The translations under genes and the position numbers were made by a program. Below the pieces are notes generated by a model. It saw nothing but the letters and a program-made list of their open reading frames with translations, did no database searches and had not been told where the DNA came from. DNA of 61,612 nt, filler included, from a bacterium (GTDB lineage: Bacteria; JACRDZ01; JAQUKH01): assembly GCA_028719205.1 (NCBI GenBank). It is 3 parts of 3 records of this genome, joined end to end, with 100 filler letters (N's around TTAATTAATTAA, not from the genome) between each part and the next. Parts side by side here need not be neighbours in the genome. Positions count along the whole stretch, not along the records: positions 23,081 to 42,638 come from JAQUKH010000039.1; positions 42,739 to 61,612 come from JAQUKH010000040.1; 1 more part is not named here. One strand, written 5' to 3'. Positions 38,945-48,943 of this stretch are shown one piece after another (position 1 is the first letter of the stretch; every line of letters starts with the position of its first letter).

Positions 38945-39340
38945 TTATTTCTCTATTTCTTCCATGATTGATTTTACTAATTCTTTCGTATCTTCCAGAA
39001 TTTGCCCTAATTCTTTCTTATCCAATTTTGAAGCCATCAAAACAGGATATTCATCGTCAGGCCAATGTTTTTTCATAACCTCATGTAACAACTGAAATTT
39101 CTCAAAGATATTATTGCATGATTCCGCCTCGCTGAAAAGCTGGCCGATCTCCTGAATTTCTTTGACACTTTCCGCTTTATAAAAAGCGTAACCTGTCATA
39201 TATTTCCCGACTGCCTCCTGAAGATGAGCGCAGGCTAATGCCAGATTCTCTTCCTCAAGCTGATCCTCCGCGTCAGAAAAATCTTCACCCGCTTTTGAGA
39301 AATAATCCTTGTAACGATAGAAAGATTTATCTTCCTGCAT
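38945..39340 (-). CDS. HEPN-like domain protein (degenerate)
   Basis: A.EDF..AE..L....ACAHLQEAVGKY resembles the HEPN N-terminal helices; SD AGGAGGT. Confidence 0.55.
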   Translation of the reverse strand: MQEDKSFYRYKDYFSKAGEDFSDAEDQLEEENLALACAHLQEAVGKYMTGYAFYKAESVKEIQEIGQLFSEAESCNNIFEKFQLLHEVMKKHWPDDEYPVLMASKLDKKELGQILEDTKELVKSIMEEIEK

Positions 39341-39368
39341 AAATTACCTCCTATTTTAATCCGCCCCT

Positions 39369-40202
39369 CTAAATACCAAAATCCAAACCTCCTCCGGCAA
39401 TAATAAAAAACCCATTTTTTCTATTAGGATCGGATAAATAAACTCCTGACTGAATAAATAGCCTTGGATTTTTCCTGCCCCATATAATATCATTTGGGAT
39501 GTAATACAATATCCCGCCTAAACGTTTACTTACGAGATCAGTATTATCGGTACGCACAAATTCATAATAAGGTCCCATGATAAGAATTTTTTTATCGTTC
39601 TCATTTATAACCTCATAAAGCACTTGCAATTTATTCGCGATTATACTATCCTTTTTTTCAACGAGCAGATCATATTGATTAACCAGAAAATTCGGCCCGT
39701 CTCCGTAAAAAGAATAACGCGTAAGGTCTGTTTGATTTACAAGAATTACTTTTCCTAACTTCATTTGTAACGTCGGCTGGATCAATGCCGCGTTACTGCT
39801 TCCTGTATCTTCGTTCCCTTTATATTCTTTTCTTATACTATCTCCAAAATCAGACGTGGAATCAAAGGAAAGTTTATAATTCCCGAAATAAGTGGAGGCG
39901 TCATAACCCAAACGCAATTTAAATATCGCGATGGGCAGCCATTCCAAAGAAACAGAGCCCGTTAAATAAGCAGGCGTTACAGTTACACCAAGGCCCTCCT
40001 GAAAATATAAACCATTCCAGATGGGAGAAGTATCTTTATGATATATATAGCGATTATCCAGTTCAATTATGCCTGCCAATCCGATAGGATTATACTGGGT
40101 AATAATATCAGCCGCTATTTTTGCTTTAGCTTCCGCACTCGTCTTGTTTGAAAAAGAAAACAAGATCATAAAAATAAAAAATATAATTATTTTTATTTTC
40201 AT
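39369..40202 (-). CDS. Hypothetical secreted/outer-membrane beta-barrel protein
   Basis: Signal peptide, beta-strand pattern, ends GGLDFGI. Confidence 0.5.
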   Translation of the reverse strand: MKIKIIIFFIFMILFSFSNKTSAEAKAKIAADIITQYNPIGLAGIIELDNRYIYHKDTSPIWNGLYFQEGLGVTVTPAYLTGSVSLEWLPIAIFKLRLGYDASTYFGNYKLSFDSTSDFGDSIRKEYKGNEDTGSSNAALIQPTLQMKLGKVILVNQTDLTRYSFYGDGPNFLVNQYDLLVEKKDSIIANKLQVLYEVINENDKKILIMGPYYEFVRTDNTDLVSKRLGGILYYIPNDIIWGRKNPRLFIQSGVYLSDPNRKNGFFIIAGGGLDFGI

Positions 40203-41842
40203 AAATTTATTTTACATGCTATAGGCATTCTCCAACCGGTTCCAAACGCGCGGTCTGTTACCTTCAGCCCGGGGGCCGCCTGCCTTCTTTTAAATTCCGC
40301 TTTCCCAACCAGGTTCAAAATTTTTTCCACTGTTTTTTTATCAAAGCCTTCCGCGACAATTTCCTCTCCGGACTTATAAAGCTCGATATGCCTGTATAAA
40401 ATGGCGTCAAGCACATCATATGGCGGTAAACTATCCTGATCAGTCTGGTTAGGCCTTAATTCGGCAGAGGGCGCTTTATCTATTATCGCCTGCGGGATCA
40501 AATTATTTTTTGTCTTATTGATCCAATTCGCAAGATTATAAATCATTATTTTAGGGACATCCGCGATAACTGCCAAACCTCCTGACATATCCCCGTAAAT
40601 AGTGCAATATCCGACAGCAAGTTCCGACTTATTTCCAGTCGTTAAAAGCATCGCGCCATATTTATTAGAAAGAGCCATTAACAAATTACCCCTTATGCGG
40701 GATTGGACATTTTCTTCGGTTATATCCTCTGAAAGGCCGGCAAATGCCTCTTTCAAACTATCACTAAAAACTCCCATAATATTTTTTATCGGTATGGTTA
40801 GCGTTTTAATTCCTATCCTTTTGGCAACTTCCAGAGAATCTTCGATACTTCCCTTGCTTGAATACACGGACGGCATAAGTACGCCTGTCACATTTTCTTT
40901 TCCGATTGCTTCCGCCGCGATAGCCGCTGTCAGGGCCGAGTCAATCCCTCCTGATAAGCCAAGTATCGCCTTTTTGAAACCGCATTTATTAATATAATCA
41001 CCGGTACCAAGGACTAACGCGTTCCACAATTCCGCCTCCGGCATAAAATCATCTTTATAAATATTTCCCGTGTCGGATTTTATATCCACTATTAAAATAT
41101 CTTCCGAAAATGCCTTGCCGCGCGCTGTCAAAACACCATTCGAATCAAAGGCGCAGCTCCTGCCGTCAAACACAAGGTCATCATTGCCACCCACCTGATT
41201 CACATACAAAAAAGGAATACTGTGTTTTTTGGCTATACTGCCCAGCATTGCTTCACGTATCTTCTGTTTCCCGATCGTAAAAGGCGAGGCGGAAAGATTT
41301 ATTACACACTTTACATTTTGAGAAGCCAGGCTCTCTACAGGATCATAATCATATCTTTTTGTTTTCCAGAAGTCTTTGTCATTCCAGATGTCTTCACAGA
41401 TACTAATCCCGATCTTAGTTCCGCCCAATTCAAAATATTGAGGTGAAAAAGATGGTTCAAAATATCTGGCTTCATCAAAGACATCGTAAGTAGGCAAAAG
41501 AATTTTATGAAACTTATTCAGTATTTTTCCACTGCTTAGCAATACAGCGGAGTTATAAAGCGGCCGGCCCTGGCCGGTCAGGTTCGGTTCAGCTATACCG
41601 ATCAGTACCGGCGGGGCGTCTTTCAACGCTTCCGCGATTTCTTCGAGTTTCCGCCATGCTCTTTTAATAAAAGTCTGATCCAGAAGCAAATCCCTTGGAG
41701 GATAACCAAGCAAAGCCAATTCAGAAGTAACACATAGCTCAGCCTTTTGTTCTTTTGCTGTCTTTACCGCATTAATGATCTTCACGGCATTACCATCTAT
41801 ATCACCCACAGTTAAATTAAGTTGTAATAACGCGAATTTCAT
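40199..41842 (-). CDS. nadE: Glutamine-dependent NAD+ synthetase
   Basis: Nitrilase domain (ELALLGYPP, K.LLPTYDVFDE.RYF, ICEDIW) plus GLSGGIDSA, ENVQSRIRG, TTGNKSE, PSAELRPNQ. Confidence 0.95.
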   Translation of the reverse strand: MKFALLQLNLTVGDIDGNAVKIINAVKTAKEQKAELCVTSELALLGYPPRDLLLDQTFIKRAWRKLEEIAEALKDAPPVLIGIAEPNLTGQGRPLYNSAVLLSSGKILNKFHKILLPTYDVFDEARYFEPSFSPQYFELGGTKIGISICEDIWNDKDFWKTKRYDYDPVESLASQNVKCVINLSASPFTIGKQKIREAMLGSIAKKHSIPFLYVNQVGGNDDLVFDGRSCAFDSNGVLTARGKAFSEDILIVDIKSDTGNIYKDDFMPEAELWNALVLGTGDYINKCGFKKAILGLSGGIDSALTAAIAAEAIGKENVTGVLMPSVYSSKGSIEDSLEVAKRIGIKTLTIPIKNIMGVFSDSLKEAFAGLSEDITEENVQSRIRGNLLMALSNKYGAMLLTTGNKSELAVGYCTIYGDMSGGLAVIADVPKIMIYNLANWINKTKNNLIPQAIIDKAPSAELRPNQTDQDSLPPYDVLDAILYRHIELYKSGEEIVAEGFDKKTVEKILNLVGKAEFKRRQAAPGLKVTDRAFGTGWRMPIACKINL

Positions 41843-41866
41843 ATGAAGAATAGACTCCTGTATTGT

Positions 41867-42638
41867 TTAAAACAGAACATTAGCTCCTAATCTAACCGTG
41901 CCGGATTTTAAAGTATAACTTCCGGGCAAATTATCAATTACACCATCTCCATCAACATCCTGAACATCAATAACCCTGCTTTTCGCGGTCAAATATTCAT
42001 ACCCGCAGATAAATTCCACAGTTTTAGTGCTATACCCTAATGACAGTTCTATGGCCTGTTTAGTTCCGCTATCTCCGATCCATGGGGTCAAGGTCTTATC
42101 AGGGATCGGGCTTGGATCAATATAATATCCGGTATAAACATTTAAATTATTATCAATTTTATAATTCAAACCCACACTGTATCTTATAGTATTTTTCCAA
42201 TCATTTATTAATGTACTGGTTGGACTTATTAATGCTCCGGGACTATCGTTATTTATAATAAATCTGTCATAACTGGACCATTCAGTCCAATCCACATCAA
42301 AAGAAACTGTTGATTTTTCTTCCGGCCTGTAAACCATACCAAATCCAAGATTTGCCGGTAAAGCTATTTTGGTGGAAGAGGAAGATCTTTCTGAAACAAT
42401 AACACCCATGCCCGGGGCATAAGCGTTAACCTCTGTATCCCCGCTGAGTTTAACACTTGTAGCGGAACGGTAAGTCAATCCTAATGTGAACTCTTTGTTA
42501 ACCTTGCACAAAACTCCGATATTTCCGCCATATCCCCAGCCATCGCCTTTTAAACGGCTATCAACCGGAATATTTAATCCCGTTAACAATGTATCAAATG
42601 ATGCCCCCGGCAAAATTGTGGGGCCTCTTTGTTCGATA
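41867..42638 (-). CDS. FadL/OmpP1-family outer-membrane transporter (5' truncated)
   Basis: GDGWGYGGNIG, LGLTYRS, LPANLGFG, DVDWTEWSSYD, DPSPIPD, C-terminal F. Confidence 0.8.
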
Positions 42639-42738
42639 NNNNNNNNNNNNNNNNNNNNNNNNNNNNNNNNNNNNNNNNNNNNTTAATTAATTAANNNNNN
42701 NNNNNNNNNNNNNNNNNNNNNNNNNNNNNNNNNNNNNN
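42639..42738. other. Artificial contig linker
   Basis: N44-TTAATTAATTAA-N44, identical to the first linker. Confidence 0.95.
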
Positions 42739-42756
42739 ATTTTGAATGCTGTATTT

Positions 42757-45723
42757 TTACAACTCAATACTATTTTCCCTTGCTTTTTTGAGCAATTCAT
42801 CATCACTGCTGCCATCATCCGGATATGTCGCGTATCCGAATTCTAATTTAACCTTGTCGGCCAGGTTCTTCTTATCTAAATAATCATAGGCTGCCTGCTC
42901 CAGTCTGCCCTCAACTATCAACGCTCCTTCCTTACCGCATCCTACCATAATTATTATATCTTCTGATTCCTTAAAAATCATATCTCCGGCCCCGCGCAGG
43001 CCATTTCTTAAAACATCTTCCAATTCTCTCAGGATATGTTCTTTCTTCTCTCCTGATAAATCCTTTGATGTTTCAGTAAAAACAGTAATAATGGACATTT
43101 TTATATGATCCTTCATTGCCTCTTTTATCCCTTTATTAATCGATTCCTTGAAAACCATTTCTCTGGTATATTTTGGCAAAGTAAAGATGAACCTGGTGCC
43201 CCTGCCAAGCTGGCTTTCAATCCAGATCTTTCCGTTATGCAGCTCCACCAGCGACTTGGCTATTGAAAGGCCTAAACCGGTTCCTTTTTCACCGGTTCCC
43301 GGAATTCGGCCAAATTGCTGGAATTTGTTGAACACTTTTGGCAAGTCATCTCCTGAGATCCCGATACCGGAATCAGCCACAGTACACTCTATCTCATTTT
43401 CTTTTTCTATAACTGATACCTCTATATATCCCTTTTCTACAAACTTCATGGCATTGGACATAAGATTGGTAAAGATCTGGATTACCTTTCCCTCATCAGC
43501 ATAGATTTCTATTTGTTCTTTAGGAAGTCTGACTTTTAATTCTAAACCCTTGTCATTTGCCTGCTTAGAAAAAGAAAAGATAATCCCGCTGATCAATTCG
43601 TTAAGATTAACTGAAGCTCTCTTTAGTTCTAACTTTCCTGCCTCGATCTTTGAAATATCCAAAAGGCTATTGATAATATTTGTCAACCTGTCTATATTAT
43701 TCTTCGCGATAGTAAGAAACTTCTCTTGTTTTTCATTTAGCTCCCCCAGGGTTTTATCCAAAACAAGGCTAAGGCCCTCTTTTGTAATAGAAAGCGGTGT
43801 CCTGAGTTCATGGGAGACTATAGAAATAAATTCGGTCTTCATACGGTCAACTTCCTTTTCCTTTGTAATATCCCTCAAAACCGTAAGTATACCTATAGGC
43901 TCTCCGTGTTCGTTTTTTACCTGTGTCGTTTCGCAGGATAAAATTACAGTTTCTCCCTGTAAATTAACCGAGATCTCCCCGGAACCTTCGTCCTTATATA
44001 ATTTATTGTCTTCAATCTTTTCTTTCCATTCAGCGGCGCTTATTTGTTGTTCCGCAAAACCCAAATTTAAAAATTGTCTTGCCCGCGGATTTATAACCAC
44101 TACCTCGCCGCGTTCATCAACCATTACAACGCCTTCAGTCATACCATGGACCATGCTGTCCATCTTATATTTTTCGGCGTTAATAACTGCCTGCAATCTT
44201 TCGATGGCATTGGAGGTCTGGTTAGTTATTGTGTAAATAAGCCTGATGTCGTTTTCTTTAAAGGAATTATCTGTGCAATTTGAGATATTTATCATACCTA
44301 CGATCTTACCGCGCACGATAAACGGCACATTAAAAAAAGACCTCACTTTGTCGGATAATCTATTTTTGCCCGGACCGGTATTAGAGTCCAAGGGAACAAT
44401 AAAAGTGTTTATCCGTTTCTTCCTGATCTCTTTGCCGGTAAAGAGAGAAACGGAATCAAGAAGGTTATTCTTGATCTCATCAGCAAATTTCACACTGCCG
44501 GGATAGGCGGGCTTTATGGTTATATTGGCTGTATTTTCATCAAATAAAAGCGAGGCGCATATATCATAGTTTATGACCTTAAATAGGGCTTCCATAATAA
44601 GCTTCAAAAGCGTCTGGTAATCCAGCGTATAGGAAATAGCATTGGATACTTCATTGGATACTTCATGAAGAATGGCTAATTCCGAGGTCCGTTCTTCTAT
44701 CTTTTCCTCAAGGTCTTTAGTAAATGATTCCAATTTTTTATTCGCTTCCCCAAGTTCCTTGGACTGTTCCTCGATCTTTTCTTTTTCTTTCCCCAGATCT
44801 TCCAGTATGCTTAAGATCGCCTCCCGGGACTGAGCCAGGTCTTTGGTACGCTCCTCAATTTTTTTCTCCAAATTATCTGAGAACTCTTTGATCTCAGACT
44901 TAGATTTCTCTAAGTTATCTATAAGGGCTAATGTTTGACGCATATCACGGGCTATGCCGACAATACCAGTGATTCGTATGTCGCGGTTCGCGGTTAGTGT
45001 TTTGTTTGACGATTCATGATTTACGAATGACGAACCTTGAGATTCATACATCACTGAACCCGAGAAACTAACCGGAATCTTTTTCCCTCCCTTGGAAACG
45101 AAGGAGATACTTAGATCTCTGACCGACCCTGCCTCGATCAACTTCCTTAACCCGGCCTTACTAAAGATACTGTTCTGCTCTTCTTCAAGAAACATACCTA
45201 TTTCTCTGCCGATGAGTTCCTCTTCTTTATATTCCAATAAATCACAGGTTGACCTGTTTACCTTTTGTATTAATCCGTCCGGTGTAATTACGATCAAGGT
45301 GTCGGTCATTGAAGAAATGATGCCATCAAGATACGACTTGCCACCCAGGATCTCTTTTTGTTTTTCTTTTATCTTTAACACCATATGGCTGAAAGAATCC
45401 GCAAGATGGCCCATTTCATCATTTGTCGCGATCTCTATTTTAGTATCTAATTTGTCTTTTGCTATTTCAGCCATGGCATTTTCCAATTTTTTAATCGGAA
45501 GGGAAATCGACCGGGAAAGGAAGATACTGCCTAATAACGATATTGTGAATAAAATTATGACTGAGATTATTATAATAATTTTGACATTTAGCGATAAATT
45601 CACCTGATTTGTTAAATCATATTTTGTAATTAAATTTTGGTAATATATCGCAATTCCGCCAATAATGCCGACTAACAAGGAAATCCCTATAAATCCGATA
45701 GTTAATTTATGCCCTATTTTCAT
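42757..45723 (-). CDS. Sensor histidine kinase: 2TM-HAMP-PAS-coiled coil-GAF-PAS-HisKA-HATPase with degenerate GGDEF-like tail
   Basis: DEMGHLADSF (HAMP), VSHELRTPL, NLMSNAMKF, DSGIGI, GTGLGL, tail GYATYPDDG..DELLKKA. Confidence 0.9.
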   Translation of the reverse strand: MKIGHKLTIGFIGISLLVGIIGGIAIYYQNLITKYDLTNQVNLSLNVKIIIIISVIILFTISLLGSIFLSRSISLPIKKLENAMAEIAKDKLDTKIEIATNDEMGHLADSFSHMVLKIKEKQKEILGGKSYLDGIISSMTDTLIVITPDGLIQKVNRSTCDLLEYKEEELIGREIGMFLEEEQNSIFSKAGLRKLIEAGSVRDLSISFVSKGGKKIPVSFSGSVMYESQGSSFVNHESSNKTLTANRDIRITGIVGIARDMRQTLALIDNLEKSKSEIKEFSDNLEKKIEERTKDLAQSREAILSILEDLGKEKEKIEEQSKELGEANKKLESFTKDLEEKIEERTSELAILHEVSNEVSNAISYTLDYQTLLKLIMEALFKVINYDICASLLFDENTANITIKPAYPGSVKFADEIKNNLLDSVSLFTGKEIRKKRINTFIVPLDSNTGPGKNRLSDKVRSFFNVPFIVRGKIVGMINISNCTDNSFKENDIRLIYTITNQTSNAIERLQAVINAEKYKMDSMVHGMTEGVVMVDERGEVVVINPRARQFLNLGFAEQQISAAEWKEKIEDNKLYKDEGSGEISVNLQGETVILSCETTQVKNEHGEPIGILTVLRDITKEKEVDRMKTEFISIVSHELRTPLSITKEGLSLVLDKTLGELNEKQEKFLTIAKNNIDRLTNIINSLLDISKIEAGKLELKRASVNLNELISGIIFSFSKQANDKGLELKVRLPKEQIEIYADEGKVIQIFTNLMSNAMKFVEKGYIEVSVIEKENEIECTVADSGIGISGDDLPKVFNKFQQFGRIPGTGEKGTGLGLSIAKSLVELHNGKIWIESQLGRGTRFIFTLPKYTREMVFKESINKGIKEAMKDHIKMSIITVFTETSKDLSGEKKEHILRELEDVLRNGLRGAGDMIFKESEDIIIMVGCGKEGALIVEGRLEQAAYDYLDKKNLADKVKLEFGYATYPDDGSSDDELLKKARENSIEL
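44969..45040. repeat. Heptamer arrays in frame within the kinase PAS domain
   Basis: GTGATTC GTATGTC GCGGTTC GCGGTTA ... TTGACGA TTCATGA TTTACGA ATGACGA ACCTTGA. Confidence 0.6.
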
Positions 45724-45740
45724 TTTATATTACCTTTAAA

Positions 45741-46604
45741 TTACCGCCCCTTATCTTCCAGTTTTGTTTCCAACTCTTTAATTTTCTTCTTTAACTCGAT
45801 CAATTTAAGCTCTCTTCCAACCGCAGCCTTACTAAATATCTCTAAATCGTGCAGTTTCCTTTTTAATTCTTTTTCTTTATCCTTAATAAAGGTGATATCC
45901 TTGGCAATATGCACCGAAGCGATAAGTTCTCCCTCATCATTAAAGATAGGCGAAACGGTGATAAGAAGAGGTAGCCCGATATTTTTGTCATATACCTCCT
46001 GAGTATGGGCAGCCTTATCTTTTTTCGTCCGTTCGAACGGGCAATCCGGCCATGGGGCATTTAACTTATGAAGTAATTCAAAACATTTTTTACCCACTAT
46101 ATCCTCGGGCACCATTTTGAGCACGGTGGTAAAGGCTTTATTTATCCTCAAAATTGTGTGGTCATTACCCTGGATAAATATCATGTCCGATATGCTGTCA
46201 AATGTTTTCTGCCATTCCTCGGTTAATTCTTTAGCCATCTCCTGCGCCTTCTTGCGCTCGGTAATATCAGTACCGAATCCAAACAAATAAACCATATTGT
46301 TTTGTTCATCTTTAATTAAATATAAATTGAAACCTAAGATTTTTTTTTCACCGCTTCGAGCCACAATTTCTAATTCCAGCCGGTATTGTATTTTACTGTT
46401 TTCCACAGTGTCTTTTAAAAATAATTTGTATTCCGCCTGATTTTTTTCTGATATGTAATTCCCAAAATTCTTACCTATCATCTCCTCCTTGGTATAACCA
46501 AAAATATTCTGACAGGCATCGCTCAAATCAAGAAAACCGCCGTTGGTATCCAATTTAAAAAATAAAGTACCCAGCAACTCTATAAATTTTTCGTCTATTT
46601 TCAT
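45741..46604 (-). CDS. Tandem PAS-domain protein with C-terminal AVGREL coiled coil
   Basis: PAS motifs (FGYTKEEMIGK, DITERK, GKKCFELLH..CP, KDIT); tail FSKAAVGRELKLIELK. Confidence 0.8.
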   Translation of the reverse strand: MKIDEKFIELLGTLFFKLDTNGGFLDLSDACQNIFGYTKEEMIGKNFGNYISEKNQAEYKLFLKDTVENSKIQYRLELEIVARSGEKKILGFNLYLIKDEQNNMVYLFGFGTDITERKKAQEMAKELTEEWQKTFDSISDMIFIQGNDHTILRINKAFTTVLKMVPEDIVGKKCFELLHKLNAPWPDCPFERTKKDKAAHTQEVYDKNIGLPLLITVSPIFNDEGELIASVHIAKDITFIKDKEKELKRKLHDLEIFSKAAVGRELKLIELKKKIKELETKLEDKGR

Positions 46605-46605
46605 A

Positions 46606-47310
46606 CTAACTTTCCCTCCGTTTCAATTCTTCTTCAAGTCCTGTAATCCTCTCCTTCAGTTCCCTTATTCTAAGTTCTCTTCCTACCGCTATTTTATTGA
46701 ATTGCTCAACCTCTTCTACTTTTTTCTCCGCGATCTCTTTGGCCTTTTGCGCCATATTGCTGATCAAATGTAATTCTTTAGTAGCTGATTCTAACTTTTC
46801 ATTAGACTGCCGTAATTCTATATTTGAACATTTAGCCTCTTCCATACTGGCCTGAAGCTCTTTATTAATCACCTCTATATATTTCATTTCTTCCTGGATT
46901 TTTTTGCTTGATTCCTTAAGATTTTCAGACATGCAATTGAATGAAACAGCGAGCTCCCCGATTTCATCTTTCAAATTAATTTCAGCTTTGGTACCTATTT
47001 TCCCGTTATTTATTTCAACTGTCGCGTTCTTTAGTTTTGCTAAAGGCCGTACTATAGATCTTGCGATAAGTAAATTAAAAAAAGTACCTGCTAAGGCAGC
47101 GAAAACACTTAATAAGATATTGTTTTTTATCACAGAATTAACAATTGTTCTAATATGCTCTGTTTCCGCGGATATTCCTTTTTCTGAAAGCGTAATATGA
47201 TCAAGATGGCTCTTTATCTCCATTTGAGCTTTTATGATAATACCGCTGTAGATAGCTAATATAAAAATAAATCCCACTAAATATAAAGTAAACTTCTGAA
47301 TTATTCTCAT
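46606..47310 (-). CDS. Membrane HAMP-domain protein with C-terminal AVGREL coiled coil
   Basis: Two TM helices, DEIGELAVSFN HAMP, tail FNKIAVGRELRIRELK. Confidence 0.8.
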   Translation of the reverse strand: MRIIQKFTLYLVGFIFILAIYSGIIIKAQMEIKSHLDHITLSEKGISAETEHIRTIVNSVIKNNILLSVFAALAGTFFNLLIARSIVRPLAKLKNATVEINNGKIGTKAEINLKDEIGELAVSFNCMSENLKESSKKIQEEMKYIEVINKELQASMEEAKCSNIELRQSNEKLESATKELHLISNMAQKAKEIAEKKVEEVEQFNKIAVGRELRIRELKERITGLEEELKRRES

Positions 47311-48089
47311 TTTACTTGCCCCCCACCTGCCCCCGTAAGAATATCAGAGGTCAAACTGCTTACCAGACGCAAAAACATAAGCACATAATCCCTGTAGGCA
47401 AGGGCAATCTTTTTGACGGGTACTTCTTTGGATACCTTATCCACACCCTCCAAAGATAAACCCTTGTTTAAGAATTCCACCGATTTCATAAACTCATAAT
47501 CCGTTCCGACTAACTCATTTACGCGTTTAATTATTTGCGTAATGATCAGCGGCCCTAAAATTGTATTTATTTTTTCTATTATCACACTATTAAAAATGAC
47601 CGGAGAAAGCGCGAAAAAGTCTTCGTGTTCCATCTGGCCCGCCAGATCAATTAAATAATTGACATAATTTAAGTCTACCGTCTTCTTTCCTCCAGACCTA
47701 AGCTCAATGTTTTTAAATACATTTTTTACGCGCTCAAGGAATGAATCTATCTCCAAGGGTTTAAGCATAAAGATATCCACCCCTGATTCGATAATGGCAA
47801 TTATATTTTTTATGTCTTTTCTATTGGTAAGAACAACTACAGGCAGGCCTTTAAAACGCGCGCCGGTTTTTAACATCCGTATATCGGCTTCGCTAAAGGC
47901 AGGTACTGAAACCGGTGAAGGATCGATGTCTATCAGAATGATATCGAATTTTTCATTAATAAGAAATGATTGAGCTTCACGAAGGTCTTCTATGGATTTC
48001 ACATTATAAGATTCCCCGCTAAGCCAACCGGTAAAAATCCCGGCTTGCACCTTGTCCGGTTCTATTAATAATATTTTTTTTGTAGACAT
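47307..48089 (-). CDS. Response regulator (receiver domain + unknown C-terminal domain)
   Basis: KKILLIE, DIILID, VVVLT, DIFMLKP; likely start MSTKK. Confidence 0.75.
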   Translation of the reverse strand: MSTKKILLIEPDKVQAGIFTGWLSGESYNVKSIEDLREAQSFLINEKFDIILIDIDPSPVSVPAFSEADIRMLKTGARFKGLPVVVLTNRKDIKNIIAIIESGVDIFMLKPLEIDSFLERVKNVFKNIELRSGGKKTVDLNYVNYLIDLAGQMEHEDFFALSPVIFNSVIIEKINTILGPLIITQIIKRVNELVGTDYEFMKSVEFLNKGLSLEGVDKVSKEVPVKKIALAYRDYVLMFLRLVSSLTSDILTGAGGGQVK

Positions 48090-48187
48090 GATTTTTCCCG
48101 CTGTTTGCGCATATTTAATGATGATCGATCTTACCCTAATCATCGGTTTAAAAGCTTTTTACTTTAAAATCATTTTCAAAAATATTT

Positions 48188-48943
48188 CTATTTAATAATT
48201 TTTCTTTTGATCAATTTGAACGGCAGCGGCATTAATAAGAAGGTAATAATAATTATCCAGATAATATCCGCGAAGACTTTGAAAAATTCTCCCTGGGAAA
48301 AAGCCCTGCAGATATTTACAAGATGATAAAGCGGGGTAAAATACGCTATTTTGGAAAGGATCGGGGAAAAATTCGCGACAGGGAAAAATATTCCTGAGAA
48401 AAGGAATAAGGGAGTCATGATAAGCGTATAAAAATAATTAAAAGAATCAATACCAGGCACGATCGCGGTAAAAATAAGCGACACCTCCGCAAAGATCAAG
48501 CCGCTTATAAAAAGTATCGGGATCAAAAAAATAATTAAAGGAGAATCCACGAGCCCGAAAATCGAGATCACAAGGATTATTATCGCGCCGTAAAACATGC
48601 TCTTTGTAGCGCCCCATAACATCTCTCCCATCACGATATCATCAATATTGACCGGAGTGGCAAGTATAGCCTCAAAAGTTTTCTGAAAGGTCATGCGGAC
48701 GAAACTTCCGTAAGTGCATTCATAAGCGCAGGCAAACATTGCCGAAGAGGCAATTATACCCGGCGCGATAAATTTTACATACGGCACACCGTTAACATTA
48801 TTTATAAAGCCGCCTAAACCCAGGCCAAATCCCAAAAGATAAAAAACCGGATCGGCAAAATTCAGGGCAATGCTTGACCTGTACAGTTTGGTATAAACTG
48901 TGAAATTTCTCTGCCAGACACTGAATGCTCGTTTAAAATTCAC
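48188..48943 (-). CDS. ABC-2 type exporter permease (NodJ-like)
   Basis: FIAPGIIASSAM, EAILATP, PLFLFSGIFFP, PLYH. Confidence 0.85.
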   Translation of the reverse strand: MNFKRAFSVWQRNFTVYTKLYRSSIALNFADPVFYLLGFGLGLGGFINNVNGVPYVKFIAPGIIASSAMFACAYECTYGSFVRMTFQKTFEAILATPVNIDDIVMGEMLWGATKSMFYGAIIILVISIFGLVDSPLIIFLIPILFISGLIFAEVSLIFTAIVPGIDSFNYFYTLIMTPLFLFSGIFFPVANFSPILSKIAYFTPLYHLVNICRAFSQGEFFKVFADIIWIIIITFLLMPLPFKLIKRKIIK

